64,000 bases of DNA from Candidatus Sulfomarinibacteraceae bacterium (lineage in GTDB: Bacteria > Acidobacteriota > Thermoanaerobaculia > Thermoanaerobaculales > Sulfomarinibacteraceae): the NCBI GenBank assembly GCA_963733915.1, contig CAVTEP010000001.1, positions 828,214 through 892,213 on the forward strand. The letters are read 5' to 3'. Below the pieces are notes generated by a model. It was not told where the DNA came from, ran no database searches, and worked only from the letters and a program-made list of their open reading frames with translations. Numbering within the stretch: position 1 is the first letter of the stretch; each line of letters starts with the position of its first letter. Shown here in pieces: positions 20,441-31,175 of this stretch. A program made the position numbers and the translations under genes.

Positions 20441-21094
20441 ATGCGAATACGGAAGCTTTTCTCCGAGGCCGATCTGGTGTCGATTCGCGAGGCGACGGCG
20501 GCGGCCGAGGCCAGAACCGGTGGTGAAATCGTTCCCTACATCGTCGAGCGGGTCGTAGACCCGGATGTCGTGCGGTGGCGGGGGGCCACCCTCGGCGCCC
20601 TCGGTGCGGCGCTGATCGCCGGTCTGGTCCACGCCATCGGCGGCCATTGGGGTGGATCCGGCGTCTGGTGGATCACCCTGCCGGCGCTGGCGGGGGCCGG
20701 GCTGGGGTTTGTACTCACGGGTCTGGATGCCGTCGGACGCCGTCTGATCCCCGATGAGGTGGTCGACCGACAGGTCAACCTCCGCGCCGAGGCGGCCTTT
20801 CTCGAGGAAGAGGTCTTCGCAACCAGGGATCGCACCGGCATCCTGGTCTTCCTGGCGCTTTTTGAACGCGAGGCGGTGATTCTCGCCGACCAGGGCATCC
20901 ACCGGGCGGTGCCGGCCGGGGAGTGGGAGCGGTTGGTCGCGGATCTGGTGATCGGCATCAAGGCCGGCCGCGCGCCCGCGGCCCTCAAGGAGACCATCGC
21001 GCGTTGCGGCGAGGTGCTCGATGCCTACGAGGTCGAGTTGCGGCCGGATGACCGGGACGAGCTCGCGAACGCGCCCCGAATCAGGGAGCGCTGA
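20441..21094 (+). CDS. TPM-domain membrane protein
   Basis: Motifs AEARTGGEI, TRDRTGIL and LADQGI; part of the lemA operon. Confidence 0.85.
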   Translation: MRIRKLFSEADLVSIREATAAAEARTGGEIVPYIVERVVDPDVVRWRGATLGALGAALIAGLVHAIGGHWGGSGVWWITLPALAGAGLGFVLTGLDAVGRRLIPDEVVDRQVNLRAEAAFLEEEVFATRDRTGILVFLALFEREAVILADQGIHRAVPAGEWERLVADLVIGIKAGRAPAALKETIARCGEVLDAYEVELRPDDRDELANAPRIRER

Positions 21095-21095
21095 A

Positions 21096-21983
21096 ATGAA
21101 ACCGGCCTCGATCCGCCGGCTCGCAGCGCTGTGCGCATTCGTGCTCGCCAGCGTTCCGGCAGTCGCCCTCGAGGTCCCGTACCTCGAGGGCAGAGTCAAC
21201 GATCAGGCCGGCATGCTGTCGGACGGCTTCGAAGCCCAGCTTGAAAACCGGCTGCGAGAGCTGGAAGAACAGACCGGCGCCCAGGTGGCGATACTGACGA
21301 TCCCGAGCCTGGAGGGTGATCCGATCGAGGACTTTTCGATCCGCGTCGTCGAAACCTGGAAGCTCGGGCGTAAGGGCATCGACGACGGGGTCCTGATCCT
21401 GATCGCCCGCGACGACCGCCGGATGCGGATCGAGGTGGGTTACGGCCTCGAGGGCGCCCTCACCGACGCCCAGGCCGGCCGCATCATCGACGGTTTGATG
21501 GCACCGCGATTCAGGGAGGGCGACTTCGATGGGGGGGTTGGCGCGGCGGTGGACGCCGTATCCGCCGCGGTCCACGGCGAAACTCTCGAGCTGCCCGAGC
21601 CGCGGCCCCGGAAGACCATGCCCGACTTCGGTACCTTTGTGTTTTTCTTCATCTTCGGTCTGCCGTTTATCAACGCGGCGTTGTCGTCACGCGGTGCCGC
21701 GGGCTGGGTCCTCTATCTCTTTCTCGCGCCGTTTTTTCTGGCGGTGCCTGCGGCGATGTTCAATGTGCGGGTCGGAGTCATAGCAGTTGCCGCCTGGTTG
21801 ATCGGCTTTCCACTGCTGCGCATGATCTGGCCGAAGGCGCCGAGCAAACGCTCCGGCGGCAGGCGGGGTGGCACCTTTTGGGGCCCGTTTATCGGCGGAG
21901 GCGGGGGAGGGGGTTACTCCGGCGGCGGGTTTTCGGGCGGTGGCGGCAGCTTTGGCGGCGGCGGCGCCAGCGGCGGCTGGTAG
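21096..21983 (+). CDS. TPM-domain protein (YgcG-like) with Gly-rich tail
   Basis: Motifs RVNDQAG, RIEVGYGLEG and GGGSFGGGGASGGW. Confidence 0.9.
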   Translation: MKPASIRRLAALCAFVLASVPAVALEVPYLEGRVNDQAGMLSDGFEAQLENRLRELEEQTGAQVAILTIPSLEGDPIEDFSIRVVETWKLGRKGIDDGVLILIARDDRRMRIEVGYGLEGALTDAQAGRIIDGLMAPRFREGDFDGGVGAAVDAVSAAVHGETLELPEPRPRKTMPDFGTFVFFFIFGLPFINAALSSRGAAGWVLYLFLAPFFLAVPAAMFNVRVGVIAVAAWLIGFPLLRMIWPKAPSKRSGGRRGGTFWGPFIGGGGGGGYSGGGFSGGGGSFGGGGASGGW

Positions 21984-22100
21984 CAAAGAGTTCTGTGGTA
22001 CGATCCGTCGGTATCTTCCTTCAAACAGGAGATCGGCCTGGTCTGGTTTCCTCATGATTCACTCGGTTGCGCGCAACCAAACACAATAAAGGAGTCTGAC

Positions 22101-22304
22101 ATGTCAGTCGCAAAAGTCACCGAAATCAGCTCGTCATCAAAAACCAGCTTCGAGGACGCCATCCAGAAGGGCATCGAACGCGCCGACAAGACCCTGGACA
22201 AGGTCAAGGGCGCGTGGATCAACGAGATGAAGGTGGAAGTGGATGACGGCAAGGTGAGCGCCTACCGCGTCAACATGAAGGTCACCTTCGTCCTCAAGGG
22301 ATGA
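22101..22304 (+). CDS. Dodecin family protein
   Basis: SVAKVTEI..S.KTSFEDAI and YRVNMKVTF; SD AAGGAG. Confidence 0.9.
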   Translation: MSVAKVTEISSSSKTSFEDAIQKGIERADKTLDKVKGAWINEMKVEVDDGKVSAYRVNMKVTFVLKG

Positions 22305-22918
22305 ATGCCATGACGGATTCATCCGATATTCTCGGTTCATTGATGCAACAGCTGGGTAGCGGCGGAGTCAGCGAGATCGCGCGCTCGGTCGGCCTCGACA
22401 GCTCGGACGTCACCAATGTGTTGGCCGGCGCGGTGCCCGCCATGCTGGCGGGCCTCACCCGCAACAGCTCGTCGAGTGCAGGAGCCGCCGGCCTTCTCGG
22501 CGCTCTCGACCGCGATCACGACGGGAGCGTCCTCGACGACGTCATGGGCTACCTCGGCGGTGGTGGAAACCTGGCGGACGGGGCGGGGATACTCGCACAC
22601 GTGCTCGGTGGTCGTCAGACAAACGTCGAGTCGGCGATCAGCCGATCGAGCGGGGTCGATCTCGCTTCGGTCGGGAAGATCCTCGCCATGGTTGCGCCAC
22701 TGCTCATGGGTGCGCTCGGGAAGGCCAAGCGACAGCATGGATTCGACGCTTCCGGTCTGGCGGCTGCACTTGGTCAGCAGGAGAAGGCCGCGCGACAGGT
22801 CTCGCCCTCGGCGGTCGATCTATTCTCGAAAATGCTCGACAGCGACGGCGATGGCGATCCCATGGACGACATCGTCAAGATGGGTTCGGGTCTGCTCGGC
22901 GGACTGTTCGGAAAGTAG
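22301..22918 (+). CDS. DUF937 family protein
   Basis: Motifs ALDRDHDGSVLDD, GILAHVLG and LDSDGDG. Confidence 0.8.
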   Translation: MNAMTDSSDILGSLMQQLGSGGVSEIARSVGLDSSDVTNVLAGAVPAMLAGLTRNSSSSAGAAGLLGALDRDHDGSVLDDVMGYLGGGGNLADGAGILAHVLGGRQTNVESAISRSSGVDLASVGKILAMVAPLLMGALGKAKRQHGFDASGLAAALGQQEKAARQVSPSAVDLFSKMLDSDGDGDPMDDIVKMGSGLLGGLFGK

Positions 22919-22932
22919 GAATTAGGAATACG

Positions 22933-22960
22933 GACTCACCCCGACGGGGGTGAGTTCAAA
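22933..22960. terminator. GC stem-loop after the DUF937 gene (possible terminator)
   Basis: GACTCACCCC-GACG-GGGGTGAGTT, preceded by (TAGGAAT)2. No U-tract on the + strand. Confidence 0.45.
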
Positions 22961-23136
22961 AGATCGGGTCCATTGGCTTCTGAGGCTTTGTCCCTTTGAG
23001 ATCAATGTGGCCCGTTTTTTCGACTTTTAGTTTCTTGGTGCCGAAGGCCCCCTGGGTAAACAGCGAGCCGCGAACACCGTAACTGACATCGTCTTTGATA
23101 GGATGGTGATCTTGATTTCGGACGGAGGAGGACTGG

Positions 23137-23319
23137 ATGGCAGCCAAGTTCGAGGTCTACAAGGGCATGAGCGGAGATTTTGGGTTCCGCCTGAAAGCGG
23201 CCAATGGCAAGGTCGTCGCCCAGGGCCAGGGTTATAAAACCAAGGAGGCCTGCCTGAAGGGGATCGAGTCGATCAAGAGGAACGCCAAAGGCGCCACGGT
23301 CGTCGATTCCAAAGACTGA
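23137..23319 (+). CDS. YegP/DUF1508 family protein
   Basis: FRLKAANGKVVA..QGY and GIESIKRNA; strong SD. Confidence 0.88.
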   Translation: MAAKFEVYKGMSGDFGFRLKAANGKVVAQGQGYKTKEACLKGIESIKRNAKGATVVDSKD

Positions 23320-23457
23320 CCCTCTGAGAAAGCCGGGCCTTGGTCGGGCATATCCGGCAGACCCGGCCCCGCCGCTCCTTCCCGGAGCTCCGCGGGCATT
23401 GATCGAAGTCAAGGACTCCTTCGCGATTGAGGCTCATGATCCTCCGTGGGAGACAAC

Positions 23458-24702
23458 ATGAGCGAGCTCTTGGACAACAATCGCCACCGCATCGAAACCC
23501 TCAAGGGAATCATCAGGAGTCTGCACGACGGCGCCGACCCGGAGGTGCTCAAACAGGAGTTCGGAGACCTCCTCGCCGAGGTCGGGCCGACCGAGATCGC
23601 GGCCATGGAAAATTCCCTCATGGCGGACGGCATGCCGCAGCAGGAGATCCAGCGGATGTGCGACGTGCACGCGGCCGTACTGGCGGGCGCTGCACCACAC
23701 GGCGCGCCGGCGCAGGTGCCACCGGGCCATCCGGTCCACACCTTCAGGCTCGAAAACCAGCGCATCCGCGAGATCGTCAAGGACTACGGGAGGGCCATCG
23801 CCAAGGCCGCCGCCGGCGCCGTTGGAGAGGCGAACGAGGACTGGCGTAGCGCCCACGAAGGGCTGGCCGGCGTCGATGTCCACTACCGGCGCAAGGAGTA
23901 CCTCGTCTTTCCCTTCCTCGAAAAGGCGGGCATCGCGGGGCCTCCCAAGGTGATGTGGGGGGTCCACGACGAGATCCGCGAGAAGATCGCCGCCGCGGGC
24001 GAGGTCCTCGACAACGTCGAGGACCTCGAAACAATCGATCTCAAACTGGTCGCCGATACGGTGCTGACGCCGATGCTCGAGCAGGTGGCGGGAATGACCG
24101 ACAAGGAGGACCGTATCCTCTGGCCCATGACCCTCGAGCACCTGTCGGTGCGTGACTGGGAGTCGGTGCGAGCCCAGTGGGACGAGTTCGGCGATGGTTT
24201 GGTGCGGCCGGCCGGGGTCTGGTTCCCGGTCCTGCCACAGCTGCCGGAGACGCCGGTCGAGCTGCCGGCCGACGATGCGATCACCCTGCCGTCGGGCCAC
24301 CTCAGCTTGCGCCAGCTGACCTCGCTCCTGAACACCCTGCCGATGGACATCACCTTTGTCGACGCCGGCGGCAGGGTGGCGTACTTCAGCGAGGGGAGCG
24401 ACCGCGTCTTCGCCCGCAACCGGGCGATCATCGGGCGGCGGGTCGAGGACTGCCACCCCCCCAAAAGCGTGCACATCGTCGAGCGGGTCGTCGACGACCT
24501 CCGTTCGGGGAAACGTGACGTCGCCGAGTTCTGGATTCAGATGGGGGACCGGTTTGTCCACATCCGTTACTTCGCGATGCGGGACGACGGGGGAGAGTTT
24601 CTCGGTACCCTCGAGGTTACCCAGGATGTCGCGCCGCTGAGGGCGCTCGAGGGTGAGCGCCGGTTGCTGGCCGAGCTTCCGTCACCAGAGGTGAAGGCAT
24701 GA
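23458..24702 (+). CDS. DUF438 / hemerythrin-like / PAS domain protein
   Basis: Motifs MCDVHA, GHPVHTF, HY.RKE..FP.LE, VMWGVHD and CHPPKS. Confidence 0.88.
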   Translation: MSELLDNNRHRIETLKGIIRSLHDGADPEVLKQEFGDLLAEVGPTEIAAMENSLMADGMPQQEIQRMCDVHAAVLAGAAPHGAPAQVPPGHPVHTFRLENQRIREIVKDYGRAIAKAAAGAVGEANEDWRSAHEGLAGVDVHYRRKEYLVFPFLEKAGIAGPPKVMWGVHDEIREKIAAAGEVLDNVEDLETIDLKLVADTVLTPMLEQVAGMTDKEDRILWPMTLEHLSVRDWESVRAQWDEFGDGLVRPAGVWFPVLPQLPETPVELPADDAITLPSGHLSLRQLTSLLNTLPMDITFVDAGGRVAYFSEGSDRVFARNRAIIGRRVEDCHPPKSVHIVERVVDDLRSGKRDVAEFWIQMGDRFVHIRYFAMRDDGGEFLGTLEVTQDVAPLRALEGERRLLAELPSPEVKA

Positions 24703-25221
24703 GTGCCGTGGTGATCGGGCCCGAGACCAAGGTCGGTGATCTGCTCGATGCCTACCCCGAGGCGGAGGAAGTCCTGATCGGGATCGCACCCCAGTTCAAG
24801 GCCCTCAAGAACCCGGTCCTGCGGCGTACGGTCGCCAGGGTGGCTACCCTGGAGCAGGCGGCGCGGGTGGCGGGGATGAGCGCCAGGGAGCTCGTGAGGG
24901 CGCTGCGGAGCGCGCTCGGAGCCGATTGCGGCGTGCTGGAGGACGGTCCCGACTCGGGCGGTGGGAAACGACGACGCTCCGGTCTGGGTGCGCGTGGATC
25001 AAGAGGCGACGATCGACGCCGGCGCGTTGCTCGACGCCGGCCAGACGCCGATCGCGATCGCGTCGAAGGCCATTTCCGAGATGGAGACCGGGGAGGTGCT
25101 GGTGGTTGCCGCGCCCTTCCAACCGGCGCCGCTCATCGACTCGCTCAGGGGCAAGGGGCACGAGGTGTATATCCGAGCCGACGATGATGGTGCGTGGAAG
25201 GTGTGGGTGAGGAAAGGCTGA
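24699..25221 (+). CDS. DUF1858 domain protein, apparent frameshift near 24960
   Basis: TKVGDLLDAYP and FKALKNP.LR. The C-terminus (PFQPAPLID) is in ORF 24961..25221. Confidence 0.75.
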
Positions 25222-25456
25222 AAAGGGGAAAAGGGGAAAAGGAGAAAAGGAGAAAAGGAGAAAAGGAGAGTGGGTGCCTTGAGCCGTTGAAACGTTAATA
25301 CGTTAGAACGTTAGAACGTTCAAACGTTTCAACGGTTTGCGGCAGACACCCGCCTCTGCGCCTTTTCTCCTTTTCCCCTTTTCAAAATGCGGTGGATCTC
25401 CTCGGGCAGGTGGGGGAATTCCTGATTCCCAATTCCTAATTCCTAATTCCTAATTC
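25220..25456. repeat. Nested composite repeat (AAAAGGRG)6 .. (AACGTTAG)n .. (CCTTTTCT)n, GGTGGGG, (AATTCCT)n
   Basis: Begins at the TGA of the upstream gene; nested inverted arms. Confidence 0.9.
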
Positions 25457-25570
25457 GGAACTCTCCATCCATGGCGGCCACGCCACGTTGTGCTACCTTT
25501 GCAGCGCTCCAATAGCGACCGGAATGTGGGACGGAATTCGCAGGTTGAACGATCGGAACGGGGTGGCGCA

Positions 25571-26431
25571 ATGTCGAGTGAAAGAATGAGACTGAGACGG
25601 ATTCGAGTCGTTCTTGCAGCGATGGCGGCGGGCGTGTGGCTTGTGGTCGGGACCGTGGCGGCGCAGCTGGTCGAAGAGGTCCCGGAAGTGCTGGAAGATG
25701 TCGGTGTCACCGAGCACCTCGACGCACAACTGCCGCTCGAGTTGCAGTTCCGTGATGAGCATGGCAACTGGGTCGAGCTCGGCAGCTTTTTTGACGGCGA
25801 GCGCCCGGTCATTCTGACCCTCAACTACTACCGATGCCCGATGTTGTGCGGTCTCATGCTCAACGGGGTGGTCGACGGGCTCGAGGCGATGGAGTGGACT
25901 CCGGGCGAGGAGTTCGAGATCGTCACCATCAGTATCAACCCGCTCGAGACTCCCGAACTGGCAACTGCGAAGAAACAGAACTATCTCAAGCGGCTCGACC
26001 GCCCCGCGGCGGCCGGAGGCTGGCATTTCATGACCGGCCGCGAGCTGGAGATCGATCGCCTGGCCGAGACTGTGGGCTTTTCCTTCTCCTATGACCCGGC
26101 GACCAAGGAGTACGCGCATGCGGCGGTGATCATGGTCTGCACCCCGGACGGCAGGGTGGCGCGCTACCTGTACGGGATCGAATACCCGCCCAAACGGCTC
26201 AAGCTCGCGTTGCTCGAAGCAGCCGAGGGGACCATCGGCACGACCCTTGACCAACTCATTCTCTACTGCTATCACTACGACCCGACAAACCGCCGCTATT
26301 CACCGGTAGCCATGAACATCATGCGCCTCGGTGGAGGCGCAACTGCACTGATACTCGGCATCTCCCTTGCTGCGTTCTGGGTCCGGGAGTGGTGGCGGAA
26401 GAAAACGATCGACAAGGGAACTGTTGCATGA
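25571..26431 (+). CDS. SCO family copper chaperone
   Basis: CPMLC motif, conserved His (YAHAA) and C-terminal TM; first gene of the cox operon. Start uncertain (25571 or 25586). Confidence 0.9.
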   Translation: MSSERMRLRRIRVVLAAMAAGVWLVVGTVAAQLVEEVPEVLEDVGVTEHLDAQLPLELQFRDEHGNWVELGSFFDGERPVILTLNYYRCPMLCGLMLNGVVDGLEAMEWTPGEEFEIVTISINPLETPELATAKKQNYLKRLDRPAAAGGWHFMTGRELEIDRLAETVGFSFSYDPATKEYAHAAVIMVCTPDGRVARYLYGIEYPPKRLKLALLEAAEGTIGTTLDQLILYCYHYDPTNRRYSPVAMNIMRLGGGATALILGISLAAFWVREWWRKKTIDKGTVA

Positions 26432-27444
26432 CGGCACTGCATCTGGCTCGCATGCTCCTGGTGCGCTCCGCGATCCTGCCCGAACCCGAGGACGGCTCCT
26501 TCTGGATGCCGCCCCAGATTTCGACGGTCGCGCAGAGCGTCGACTGGCTCTTCAACTTCATTCTCGCGATATCGGTCTTCTTTTTCGTTTTGATCGTCGT
26601 CGTGATGGTCGTCTTCGTACTCAAGTACCGACGCCGCGAGGGCCAGTCCGCCGAGGCGTCACCAAGCCACAATCTCCCGCTCGAGTTGACGTGGACGGCG
26701 ATCCCGATCGTGCTTGTCATGATCATTTTCTTTTTCGGATTCAAGGGCTTCCTCGACATGGCGACGCCCCCAGCGAACGCCTACGAGATCCTGGTCGAGG
26801 GCCAGAAGTGGAAATGGAGCTTTTCATACCCGAACGGTTATGTGGATGAAAACCTCCACGTCCCGGTGGATAGACCGGTCCGGCTCGTCATGTCATCGGC
26901 GGACGTCATCCACAGCCTCTACGTTCCGGCGTTTCGCATCAAGATGGACGTCGTCCCCGGACGCTACTCGAAGGCGTGGTTCGAGGCGACGGTGCCGGGA
27001 GAGTACGATCTCTTCTGTGCCGAGTACTGCGGCACCTCGCACTCGGACATGCTGGCGCTCGTCATCGTCCACCCGCCCGGTGAGTTCGAGACCTGGCTCG
27101 CGCAGGCCTCCGACTTCCTCGCGACCATGACCCCGGTGGACGCCGGCCGCAAACTTTTCCAGACGCGCGGTTGCACCCAGTGCCACAGCATGGATGGCTC
27201 GGCCAAAACGGGACCGACCCTGCTCGGTATCTTCGGCCACTCCCAGAAGCTGGCAAACGGAACCACAATCACGGTTGACGAAAACTACATCCGTGAGTCG
27301 ATCCTCGAGCCGGCCGCGCAGGTGGTTGCCGGATTCGAGCCGGTCATGCCCACCTTCCAGGGCCGGCTCAAGGACGAAGAAATCATGGCGATAATCGAGT
27401 ATTTGAAGGCCCCGGAAGGGGCCTCGCAGGGGGGTGGCAGCTGA
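26428..27444 (+). CDS. coxB: Cytochrome c oxidase subunit II with fused cytochrome c (caa3)
   Basis: CuA ligands DVIHS and [12 protein letters not shown]; heme motif CTQCH. Confidence 0.96.
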   Translation: MTALHLARMLLVRSAILPEPEDGSFWMPPQISTVAQSVDWLFNFILAISVFFFVLIVVVMVVFVLKYRRREGQSAEASPSHNLPLELTWTAIPIVLVMIIFFFGFKGFLDMATPPANAYEILVEGQKWKWSFSYPNGYVDENLHVPVDRPVRLVMSSADVIHSLYVPAFRIKMDVVPGRYSKAWFEATVPGEYDLFCAEYCGTSHSDMLALVIVHPPGEFETWLAQASDFLATMTPVDAGRKLFQTRGCTQCHSMDGSAKTGPTLLGIFGHSQKLANGTTITVDENYIRESILEPAAQVVAGFEPVMPTFQGRLKDEEIMAIIEYLKAPEGASQGGGS

Positions 27445-29147
27445 TGGCTGAATCGATCTCAGCCCCCGTGGGAGACGTCTCCGGCGGCCTCACCGCGAGC
27501 AACGACAACTACCTCACGCACGGCAAGGGTGTTCTTTCCTGGCTCTTCACCCTCGACCACAAGCGCATCGGGGTGATGTACCTGGTGGCCATCCTGTCGT
27601 CGTTTTTCCTCGGAGGCGTCTTTGCCCTGGTCCTGCGGACCGAGCTGTGGACGCCTGGACAGACCATCATCACCGCCGACACTTACAACAAGATGTTCAC
27701 CCTTCACGGCGCGGTGATGATCTTCCTCTTCATCATTCCCGGCATCCCGGCGACGCTGGGCAATTTCGTGTTGCCGCTGATGCTGGGAGCCAAGGACGTG
27801 GCGTTGCCGCGTCTCAACCTTGCCAGCTTCTGGCTGTGGCTGACCGGCGCCACGGTAGCGGTGGCCTCGATCATCATCGGCGCCGTCGACACCGGATGGA
27901 CCTTCTACACGCCATACTCGACGACCACCTCCACCGCCGTGACTGCGATGACGCTCGGAGCCTTCATCCTCGGCTTTTCGTCGATCTTCACCGGTCTGAA
28001 TTTCATCGTCACGATCCACAAGATGCGCCCCGAGGGGATGACATGGTTCCGGATGCCGCTCTTTTTGTGGGGCATCTACTCGACCGCTATCATTCAGGTG
28101 CTGGCGACGCCGGTGCTCGGTATCACGCTGTTGTTGCTGATTGCGGAAAGGACCCTCGGGGTCGGGATCTTCGATCCGGCGCTCGGCGGCGATCCTGTGC
28201 TCTACCAGCACTTCTTCTGGTTCTACTCCCACCCCGCGGTCTACATCATGATCCTGCCCGCCATGGCGATCATGAGTGAACTCATCTCGGTGTTTTCCGG
28301 CAAGCACATCTTCGGCTACCGCTTTATCGCCTGGTCGTCGATCGCCATCGCCCTCTTGAGCTTTCTGGTCTGGGGCCACCACATGTTCACCAGCGGCCAG
28401 TCGGGGCTCACCAACATGATCTTCTCGGCCCTCACGTTTTCGGTCGCGATACCGTCGGCGGTCAAGGTATTCAACTGGCTGGCGACGATGTACAAGGGCT
28501 CGATCCGGCTCGCGGCACCGATGCTCTATGCCCTGTCCTTCCTCTTTCTCTTCGCCATCGGCGGGCTGACCGGGCTCTTTCTCGGTGCGCTGTCGACCGA
28601 TATTCACCTTCACGACACCTATTTTGTCGTCGCCCACTTCCACTACGTGATGTTCGGCGGCACCGTGATCGCCTTTCTCGGCGGCATTCACTATTGGTGG
28701 CCCAAAATGTTCGGCCGCATGTATTCGGAACGCTGGGCGCAGGTGTCGGCGCTGCTCATCTTCGTCGGTTTCAATCTGACCTTTTTCACCCAGTTCGTGA
28801 TGGGCAGTCACGGCATGCCGCGGCGCTATTACAACTATCTGGAGCAGTTCACCGCCTACCACCAGGCGTCCACGGTCGGCTCGTTCATCCTCGCCCTCGG
28901 CTTCTTCGTCATGGCGGGATACCTCCTCCACTCGCTGGTTGCGGGTGAGAGGGCGCCGGCGAACCCGTGGGGTGGGGCGACCCTGGAGTGGGAAACCTCC
29001 TCGCCGCCGCCGTACTACAACTTCAAAGAGGACATGCGGGCCGGCGACCCCTACGACCTGGATGCCTTGCGCTGGGATCCCGAGATCCAGGGCTATGTGC
29101 GGAAGGATCCCCGCGCGGTGCTGGCAAGCTCGGAAGGGACGAGCTGA
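27444..29147 (+). CDS. coxA: Cytochrome c oxidase subunit I (A2 type)
   Basis: Motifs [15 protein letters not shown] (YS motif), [13 protein letters not shown] and MPRRY. Confidence 0.97.
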   Translation: MAESISAPVGDVSGGLTASNDNYLTHGKGVLSWLFTLDHKRIGVMYLVAILSSFFLGGVFALVLRTELWTPGQTIITADTYNKMFTLHGAVMIFLFIIPGIPATLGNFVLPLMLGAKDVALPRLNLASFWLWLTGATVAVASIIIGAVDTGWTFYTPYSTTTSTAVTAMTLGAFILGFSSIFTGLNFIVTIHKMRPEGMTWFRMPLFLWGIYSTAIIQVLATPVLGITLLLLIAERTLGVGIFDPALGGDPVLYQHFFWFYSHPAVYIMILPAMAIMSELISVFSGKHIFGYRFIAWSSIAIALLSFLVWGHHMFTSGQSGLTNMIFSALTFSVAIPSAVKVFNWLATMYKGSIRLAAPMLYALSFLFLFAIGGLTGLFLGALSTDIHLHDTYFVVAHFHYVMFGGTVIAFLGGIHYWWPKMFGRMYSERWAQVSALLIFVGFNLTFFTQFVMGSHGMPRRYYNYLEQFTAYHQASTVGSFILALGFFVMAGYLLHSLVAGERAPANPWGGATLEWETSSPPPYYNFKEDMRAGDPYDLDALRWDPEIQGYVRKDPRAVLASSEGTS

Positions 29148-30070
29148 TGGCCGATCACGCGCAGGTCTCCAGCGACGGCCTCGCCGTCGACCACCACTTC
29201 GAAAACGCCGACCAGCAGTACCAGTCGGCGAAGCTCGGTATGTGGATCTTTCTCTCCACCGAGATCCTTTTCTTCGGTGGTCTCTTCGTCGCCTACTCGG
29301 TGTACCGCGCCAACCATCCCGAGGTCTTCGTCTTCGGCCACCACTTTCTCGACAAAAACCTTGGCGCCCTCAACACGGTCATCCTGATCTGCAGCTCGCT
29401 GACCGCAGCCTGGGCGGTGCGTGCGGCGCAGCTGAAGCAGATCGGGATGCTCAAGCTGATGATCGTCGTCACCACGGTTTTCGCCTTCGGCTTCCTGGGC
29501 GTCAAGGGGGTCGAGTACAACGCCAAGTGGAAGCACGGATTGCTGTGGGCGGGCAGCTATAACCCGCACCTGGAACACGATGAGGAAATCACCGAGATCA
29601 ATACCGATGAGAGCGTTCACGAGGACGGAGCCGAAGAAACCGTCGAAGTGGTTTCGGAGGCGCAGCGCGTGGGCGATGCCGTACTTGAGGAGCCTGAGGG
29701 GTTCACCGTCGCGGTGACCGAGGATTCTCAGGCCGCTCCTCCGGCCGACCCCGACCGCTCGGCCATCGCTCCCGCGGCCGAGGGGCCGGTCGGCCTCGCC
29801 GCGCCGGACGATGGAGCTGCGGACGAACCGGCGATCGAGGTGGAGCCGGCCAACGCCCAGATCTACTTTTCGATCTATTTCCTGATGACCGGCCTCCACG
29901 GAATTCACGTGATCGGCGGGATCGGCGCCTTCATCTGGCTCTTGGTATGTGCCCGCCGGGGTGATTTCGATTCTGGCCATTTCACGCGCGTCGACATGGT
30001 CGCGCTCTACTGGCACCTGGTGGATCTGATCTGGATCTACCTCTTCCTGCTCCTGTACCTGATCGATTAG
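29147..30070 (+). CDS. coxC: Cytochrome c oxidase subunit III with acidic insertion
   Basis: Motifs GMWIFLSTEILFF, TGLHGIHV and LYWHLVD. Confidence 0.92.
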   Translation: MADHAQVSSDGLAVDHHFENADQQYQSAKLGMWIFLSTEILFFGGLFVAYSVYRANHPEVFVFGHHFLDKNLGALNTVILICSSLTAAWAVRAAQLKQIGMLKLMIVVTTVFAFGFLGVKGVEYNAKWKHGLLWAGSYNPHLEHDEEITEINTDESVHEDGAEETVEVVSEAQRVGDAVLEEPEGFTVAVTEDSQAAPPADPDRSAIAPAAEGPVGLAAPDDGAADEPAIEVEPANAQIYFSIYFLMTGLHGIHVIGGIGAFIWLLVCARRGDFDSGHFTRVDMVALYWHLVDLIWIYLFLLLYLID

Positions 30071-30078
30071 GAGACGCT

Positions 30079-30414
30079 ATGAGTGAGCACGATTCAACTG
30101 CGGTCCACGTCGCCTCGGTCAAGCTGCTGGTGATTGTCTGGATCGGCCTCATGTTTGGCACCTGGTTGACGGTTTCGGCCTCCAACATCGATCTCGGTGC
30201 CCTCAATATCTGGGTTGGCCTCGCGATCGCCACCGCCAAGGCGCTGCTCGTCGGCCTTTACTACATGCACTTGCGCTGGGACAAGCCGTTCAACTCCTTC
30301 GTGTTCTTGAGCGCCTTTTTCTTCCTTTTCCTGTTCATCGGCTTCGCCCTCATGGACACCGCCCACTACCAGCCACAGCTCATTCCCGGCTACTCGCCGG
30401 GCATTGGTGGCTGA
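30079..30414 (+). CDS. coxD: Cytochrome c oxidase subunit IV (caa3 type)
   Basis: IATAKALLVGLYYMHL; three TM segments. Confidence 0.88.
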   Translation: MSEHDSTAVHVASVKLLVIVWIGLMFGTWLTVSASNIDLGALNIWVGLAIATAKALLVGLYYMHLRWDKPFNSFVFLSAFFFLFLFIGFALMDTAHYQPQLIPGYSPGIGG

Positions 30415-30424
30415 TCGCACTCTC

Positions 30425-31051
30425 ATGAGCGACCGAGCTGCAGGGGATACGTACCGCACTGAGCGGATTCCAACGCGGTCGGCTGATTCGGTCGGCGGCG
30501 GCCGGCCGGGATCGTCCGTCGGCCGTATGGGGATGTGGCTGCTGCTTGCCTCCCTCGGCGTGCTCTTTACCGCCTGCCTGGTCGGCTTCCTGGTGGTTCG
30601 GATGCGCGCACCCGTGTGGCCGCCACCGGGCTCGCCCTCTTTGCCGGGCGGGCTGTGGGTCAGCACCATGCTCCTGGTGGTGCTCAGCCTCTCGCTGGTA
30701 CTCGCCGAACGCGCGGTCCGCGCCGGTCGCGAAGCGTCTCTCGTTCGCTGGCTCTCGGTCTCGGTACTGCTGTCGCTCGCCTTTCTCGGCGCCCAGGTCT
30801 CGAACTGGATGAGGATGGCGGCGGGCGAAACGCTGCCGGCGCAGAGCCTCTTCGTGTGGGGTTTCTACGTCCTGACCTTTCTCCACGCGGCGCACGTGAT
30901 CTTCGGCCTCGTGCCCCTGGTCCTGGTCACCCTCCGCGCCCGCCGCGGCGCTTACACCGCCGACAGTAGCGAGGGCATCCACCTCGTCGCCCTGTACTGG
31001 CACTTCCTGCTCGTAACCTGGATCGCGGTTTTCGCAGTTATGAGTTTTTAG
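30425..31051 (+). CDS. Second heme-copper oxidase subunit III-like protein
   Basis: Motifs GMWLLLAS, LHAAHV and LYWHF. Start uncertain (30404 or 30425). Confidence 0.85.
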   Translation: MSDRAAGDTYRTERIPTRSADSVGGGRPGSSVGRMGMWLLLASLGVLFTACLVGFLVVRMRAPVWPPPGSPSLPGGLWVSTMLLVVLSLSLVLAERAVRAGREASLVRWLSVSVLLSLAFLGAQVSNWMRMAAGETLPAQSLFVWGFYVLTFLHAAHVIFGLVPLVLVTLRARRGAYTADSSEGIHLVALYWHFLLVTWIAVFAVMSF

Positions 31052-31155
31052 TTTTGAGTTGGCCCCCGCCCACCCTGGAAATCCCATGGGAGGGTGGATG
31101 GGAACTCAAAACTCAAAACTCAAAACTCAAAACTCAAAACTCAAAACTCAAAACT
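31041..31155. repeat. Inverted composite repeat (TTTTGAG)n - CCCGCCCACCC..GGGAGGGTGG - (AACTCAA)7
   Basis: Same heptamer as 18362-18465; supplies the stop codon of the upstream gene. Confidence 0.92.
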
Positions 31156-31175
31156 AACGAGCGAGCAGCTACGGG

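Noticed and set aside
22956-23147. 63-aa minus-strand ORF with GSLFTQGAF, faintly like a RAYT transposase motif
   Set aside because: No HUH motif or start signals; similarity too weak.
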